In this document: positions 25,316 to 27,673 of the stretch, in pieces
Layout: every line of letters begins with the position of its first letter
How positions within the stretch are numbered: the stretch's first letter is position 1
NCBI GenBank assembly: GCA_039679545.1
Contig: JBDKUT010000124.1
Span: 1 to 27,673 of the forward strand
Reading direction: 5' to 3'
Origin: Thermotogota bacterium
GTDB taxonomy: Bacteria > Bipolaricaulota > Bipolaricaulia > UBA7950 > UBA9294
Length of the DNA stretch: 27,673 nt
Notes under the pieces: model-generated
The model's database searches: none
The model's input: the letters and a program-made list of their open reading frames with translations, nothing else
What the model was told of the DNA's origin: nothing
Position numbers and translations under genes: made by a program

Positions 25316-27673
25316 ATGCGTAACGAACAGACGACAAGATCCACGAATGTCGAGGGCATCGGGAGCATGACGAAGCAAGGGGTTCGCGGACGAGCGAGCC
25401 ACGTCATTCGGGCGGGTCGGTCTGCCTTCGTGGCATTGCTGGCTCTCGCTCTGTGCATGACAGTCGGCCTCCTGGCGGCCGGCTCGGACTTCCAGTTGGG
25501 CTATGCGACGGGTGAGTGGACGTACTGCGACATCTCCGTGTCCGGTATCGGTACGAATGCCATCTACTGGGGTACGTCGACCGGCTACGGTCAGAGCGGG
25601 TTCGAATTCAACGGGAGCACGGGAGCCGCCTTCAACTCGGGCGCCCTGTTCGTCATCGGCACGTTCATCCACCACAACAAGCCGATTCAGGGGTCGACGC
25701 CGACGGCGATGGATCTCGAAGTCACGCTCCACTTCACGAATCCAGCCGTGAGCCCCGACCCAGTGTTCGAGTACTCGATGACGTTCCAGGAGACGGTGAA
25801 CGAGCGGTATCTGCGCGACTGCCCGAGCTTCCAAGTTTCGTCGACGCCGTGCGACGACCGAGTGGTCTTCCCGGCCTCGACGGGCGAGGAGACATTCTGG
25901 GTCGGGGACTCGCTCTACCGGCTCGAGATCCTCGGCTTTGTCCTGACCCCGACGGGCACGAGCCCGGCGCTCGAGTTCATCACCCAGGAGCGGATGGACA
26001 ACACGGCCTACCTCGTCGGACGACTGACGCTCGTGTGCACGCTCCCGCAGATCTTGGCGCAACCCGTATCTGTGAGCGTTGTCGAGTCAGGGACCGCGGC
26101 GTTCACCGTGTCAGCGTCGGGGGCGAACCTGACCTACCAGTGGTACAAAGACGGCGGAGTGCTGGCCAACGGCACCGGCGTGTCAGGCGCGACCACTGCG
26201 ACCCTCACGTTGTCCAACGTCGATTCCAGCGATGACGGTTCCTACACAGTGGTGGTCACGGGCGACTGCGGCGACGTCGAGTCGAGCGCGGCGGTCCTGA
26301 GCGTTCAGCCGCCGGACTGCGCGAACTACTCGGTCACGTACCTCGGCCGCGCGTACAACGGGGCGACAACGACCTTCTCGTACAGGGTCTCCGTCTATGC
26401 AGCACCCCAGCTGAGCCACTGGGTTCTCGGCTTGCCGGACTGCATCACCTCTACCAACATTGCGTCAGCGTCGCCGGGCACGTGGGTCTTCGGGACCGAC
26501 CCCACGACCGGGGTTAGGGGCCTCAAGTTCAACCTCTCCGTCCCCGTGGGCGGGTCACAGGTCTATACCCTGACCCTCAACGGGTACTGGCCCGAGGGGA
26601 CGACGACCAGCGACCCGGACATCCGGATTGGACTCAAGGCGGGAACGAAGCTCTGCTACTACGACACGACGGGCCCGTCGTGCGACTTTGCGGACCTGTC
26701 GCTCACCAAGGATGTGGATGACGCGACGCCCGATGTGGGTGACCAGATCACCTTCACGATCACCGTAACGAACAGCGGGCCGAGCACGGCGACGGGTGTC
26801 TCGGTTCGCGACCTTCTGCCGAGCGGCCTCCAGTACGTTTCCGCCCTTGCCAGCCGCGGGACGTACACCTCGTCAACCGGGATGTGGCAAATCGGGTCGG
26901 TGCTCTACGGCGAGAGCGTCACCCTGAGGCTCACGGCCACGGTGCTGGGGTCGGGGACCTACGAGAACACTGCCGAGGTTTACGCGTCCGACCTGTACGA
27001 TCCGGACTCGACGCCGAACAACGGTGTGGTCGGAGAGGACGATGAAGACAGCGTCTTGGTTGTTCCGGTCTTCATCGCAGAGATCGACCTGGTGAAGACG
27101 GCGTCGAGCGGGACGTACACGCTGGGCTCGACGATCACCTACACGTACACGGTGAAGAACACCGGGAACGTGACGCTGACGGGGGTCAACGTCTCCGACA
27201 ACAAGCTTGGGACGATCACGCTGGGGGCAACGACGCTCGCCGCGGGGGCGTCCACGACAGGGACGAAGACATACATCGTGACGCAGGCTGACGTGGACGC
27301 AGGGTCGATCTACAACCTCGCGACAGCCACGGGCACGCCGCCAGCCGGCTCGAGCGTCACCGACACCGATGACGAGACGGTGGCGCTCACTCAGGCTCCG
27401 GCGGTTGACTTGGTGAAGACGGCGTCGAGTGGGACGTTCGGGGTGGGCTCGACGATCACCTACACGTACACGGTGAAGAACACGGGGAACGTGACGCTGA
27501 CGAACGTTGCGGTGACCGACAACAAGCTGGGGACGATCACACTTGCCGCGACAACGCTCGCTCCGAACGCGACGACGACGGGGACGAAGGCGTACGTTGC
27601 GACGCAGACGGACGTTGACGCGGGCTCGATCTACAACGTCGCTACCGCCACCGGGAAGCCGCCGGTGGGGTCG
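25316..27673 (+). CDS. Large secreted repeat adhesin (choice-of-anchor K/THxN-like domain, Ig domain, DUF11, tandem 107-aa beta repeats), 3' end runs off the window
   Basis: Absent from the ORF track (no stop in window). Frame from ATG 25316 (SD GGAGGTG): signal peptide; WGTSTGYGQSGF...GTFIHHNKPI...FITQERMDN; Ig LTYQWYKDG...DDGSYTVVV; DUF11 ADLSLTK...ITFTITVTNSGPSTATGVSVRDLLPSG...DPDSTPNNG; repeats ITYTYTVKNTGNVTL. Confidence 0.9.
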   Translation, partial: MRNEQTTRSTNVEGIGSMTKQGVRGRASHVIRAGRSAFVALLALALCMTVGLLAAGSDFQLGYATGEWTYCDISVSGIGTNAIYWGTSTGYGQSGFEFNGSTGAAFNSGALFVIGTFIHHNKPIQGSTPTAMDLEVTLHFTNPAVSPDPVFEYSMTFQETVNERYLRDCPSFQVSSTPCDDRVVFPASTGEETFWVGDSLYRLEILGFVLTPTGTSPALEFITQERMDNTAYLVGRLTLVCTLPQILAQPVSVSVVESGTAAFTVSASGANLTYQWYKDGGVLANGTGVSGATTATLTLSNVDSSDDGSYTVVVTGDCGDVESSAAVLSVQPPDCANYSVTYLGRAYNGATTTFSYRVSVYAAPQLSHWVLGLPDCITSTNIASASPGTWVFGTDPTTGVRGLKFNLSVPVGGSQVYTLTLNGYWPEGTTTSDPDIRIGLKAGTKLCYYDTTGPSCDFADLSLTKDVDDATPDVGDQITFTITVTNSGPSTATGVSVRDLLPSGLQYVSALASRGTYTSSTGMWQIGSVLYGESVTLRLTATVLGSGTYENTAEVYASDLYDPDSTPNNGVVGEDDEDSVLVVPVFIAEIDLVKTASSGTYTLGSTITYTYTVKNTGNVTLTGVNVSDNKLGTITLGATTLAAGASTTGTKTYIVTQADVDAGSIYNLATATGTPPAGSSVTDTDDETVALTQAPAVDLVKTASSGTFGVGSTITYTYTVKNTGNVTLTNVAVTDNKLGTITLAATTLAPNATTTGTKAYVATQTDVDAGSIYNVATATGKPPVGS
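27086..27673 (+). repeat. Tandem 321-nt (107-aa) intragenic repeat, at least 2 copies
   Basis: GACCTGGTGAAGACGGCGTCGAG at 27086 and GACTTGGTGAAGACGGCGTCGAG at 27407, with long shared blocks such as GGCTCGACGATCACCTACACGTACACGGTGAAGAACAC. Confidence 0.9.

Overview
GC-rich bacterial chromosomal window. Most of it is housekeeping: PrpD-family dehydratase, homoisocitrate/isocitrate-type dehydrogenase, TPR-Slt transglycosylase, GNAT, radical SAM, PKD-redoxin, PrsA-like PPIase, CX5R phosphatase, BtpA, PfkB, CsgG-like, YjbQ, pgsA, tpiA, mnmG and an unusual mutS-rsmH-ftsL-ftsI operon. The notable part is the right end (24110-27673), which looks like a multi-layer c-di-GMP module. A near-consensus sigma70 promoter is followed by a c-di-GMP-I riboswitch overlapping a terminator (predicted ON switch). 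Next come a 111-aa ribbon-helix-helix + MshEN fusion, a second c-di-GMP-I riboswitch, a small secreted protein, and a large repeat adhesin that runs off the window. Two structured intergenic regions (about 8890-9240 and 14680-14760) are candidate small RNAs. I saw no CRISPR array, tRNA, rRNA or mobile element. All family calls come from motif recognition by eye, not database searches.
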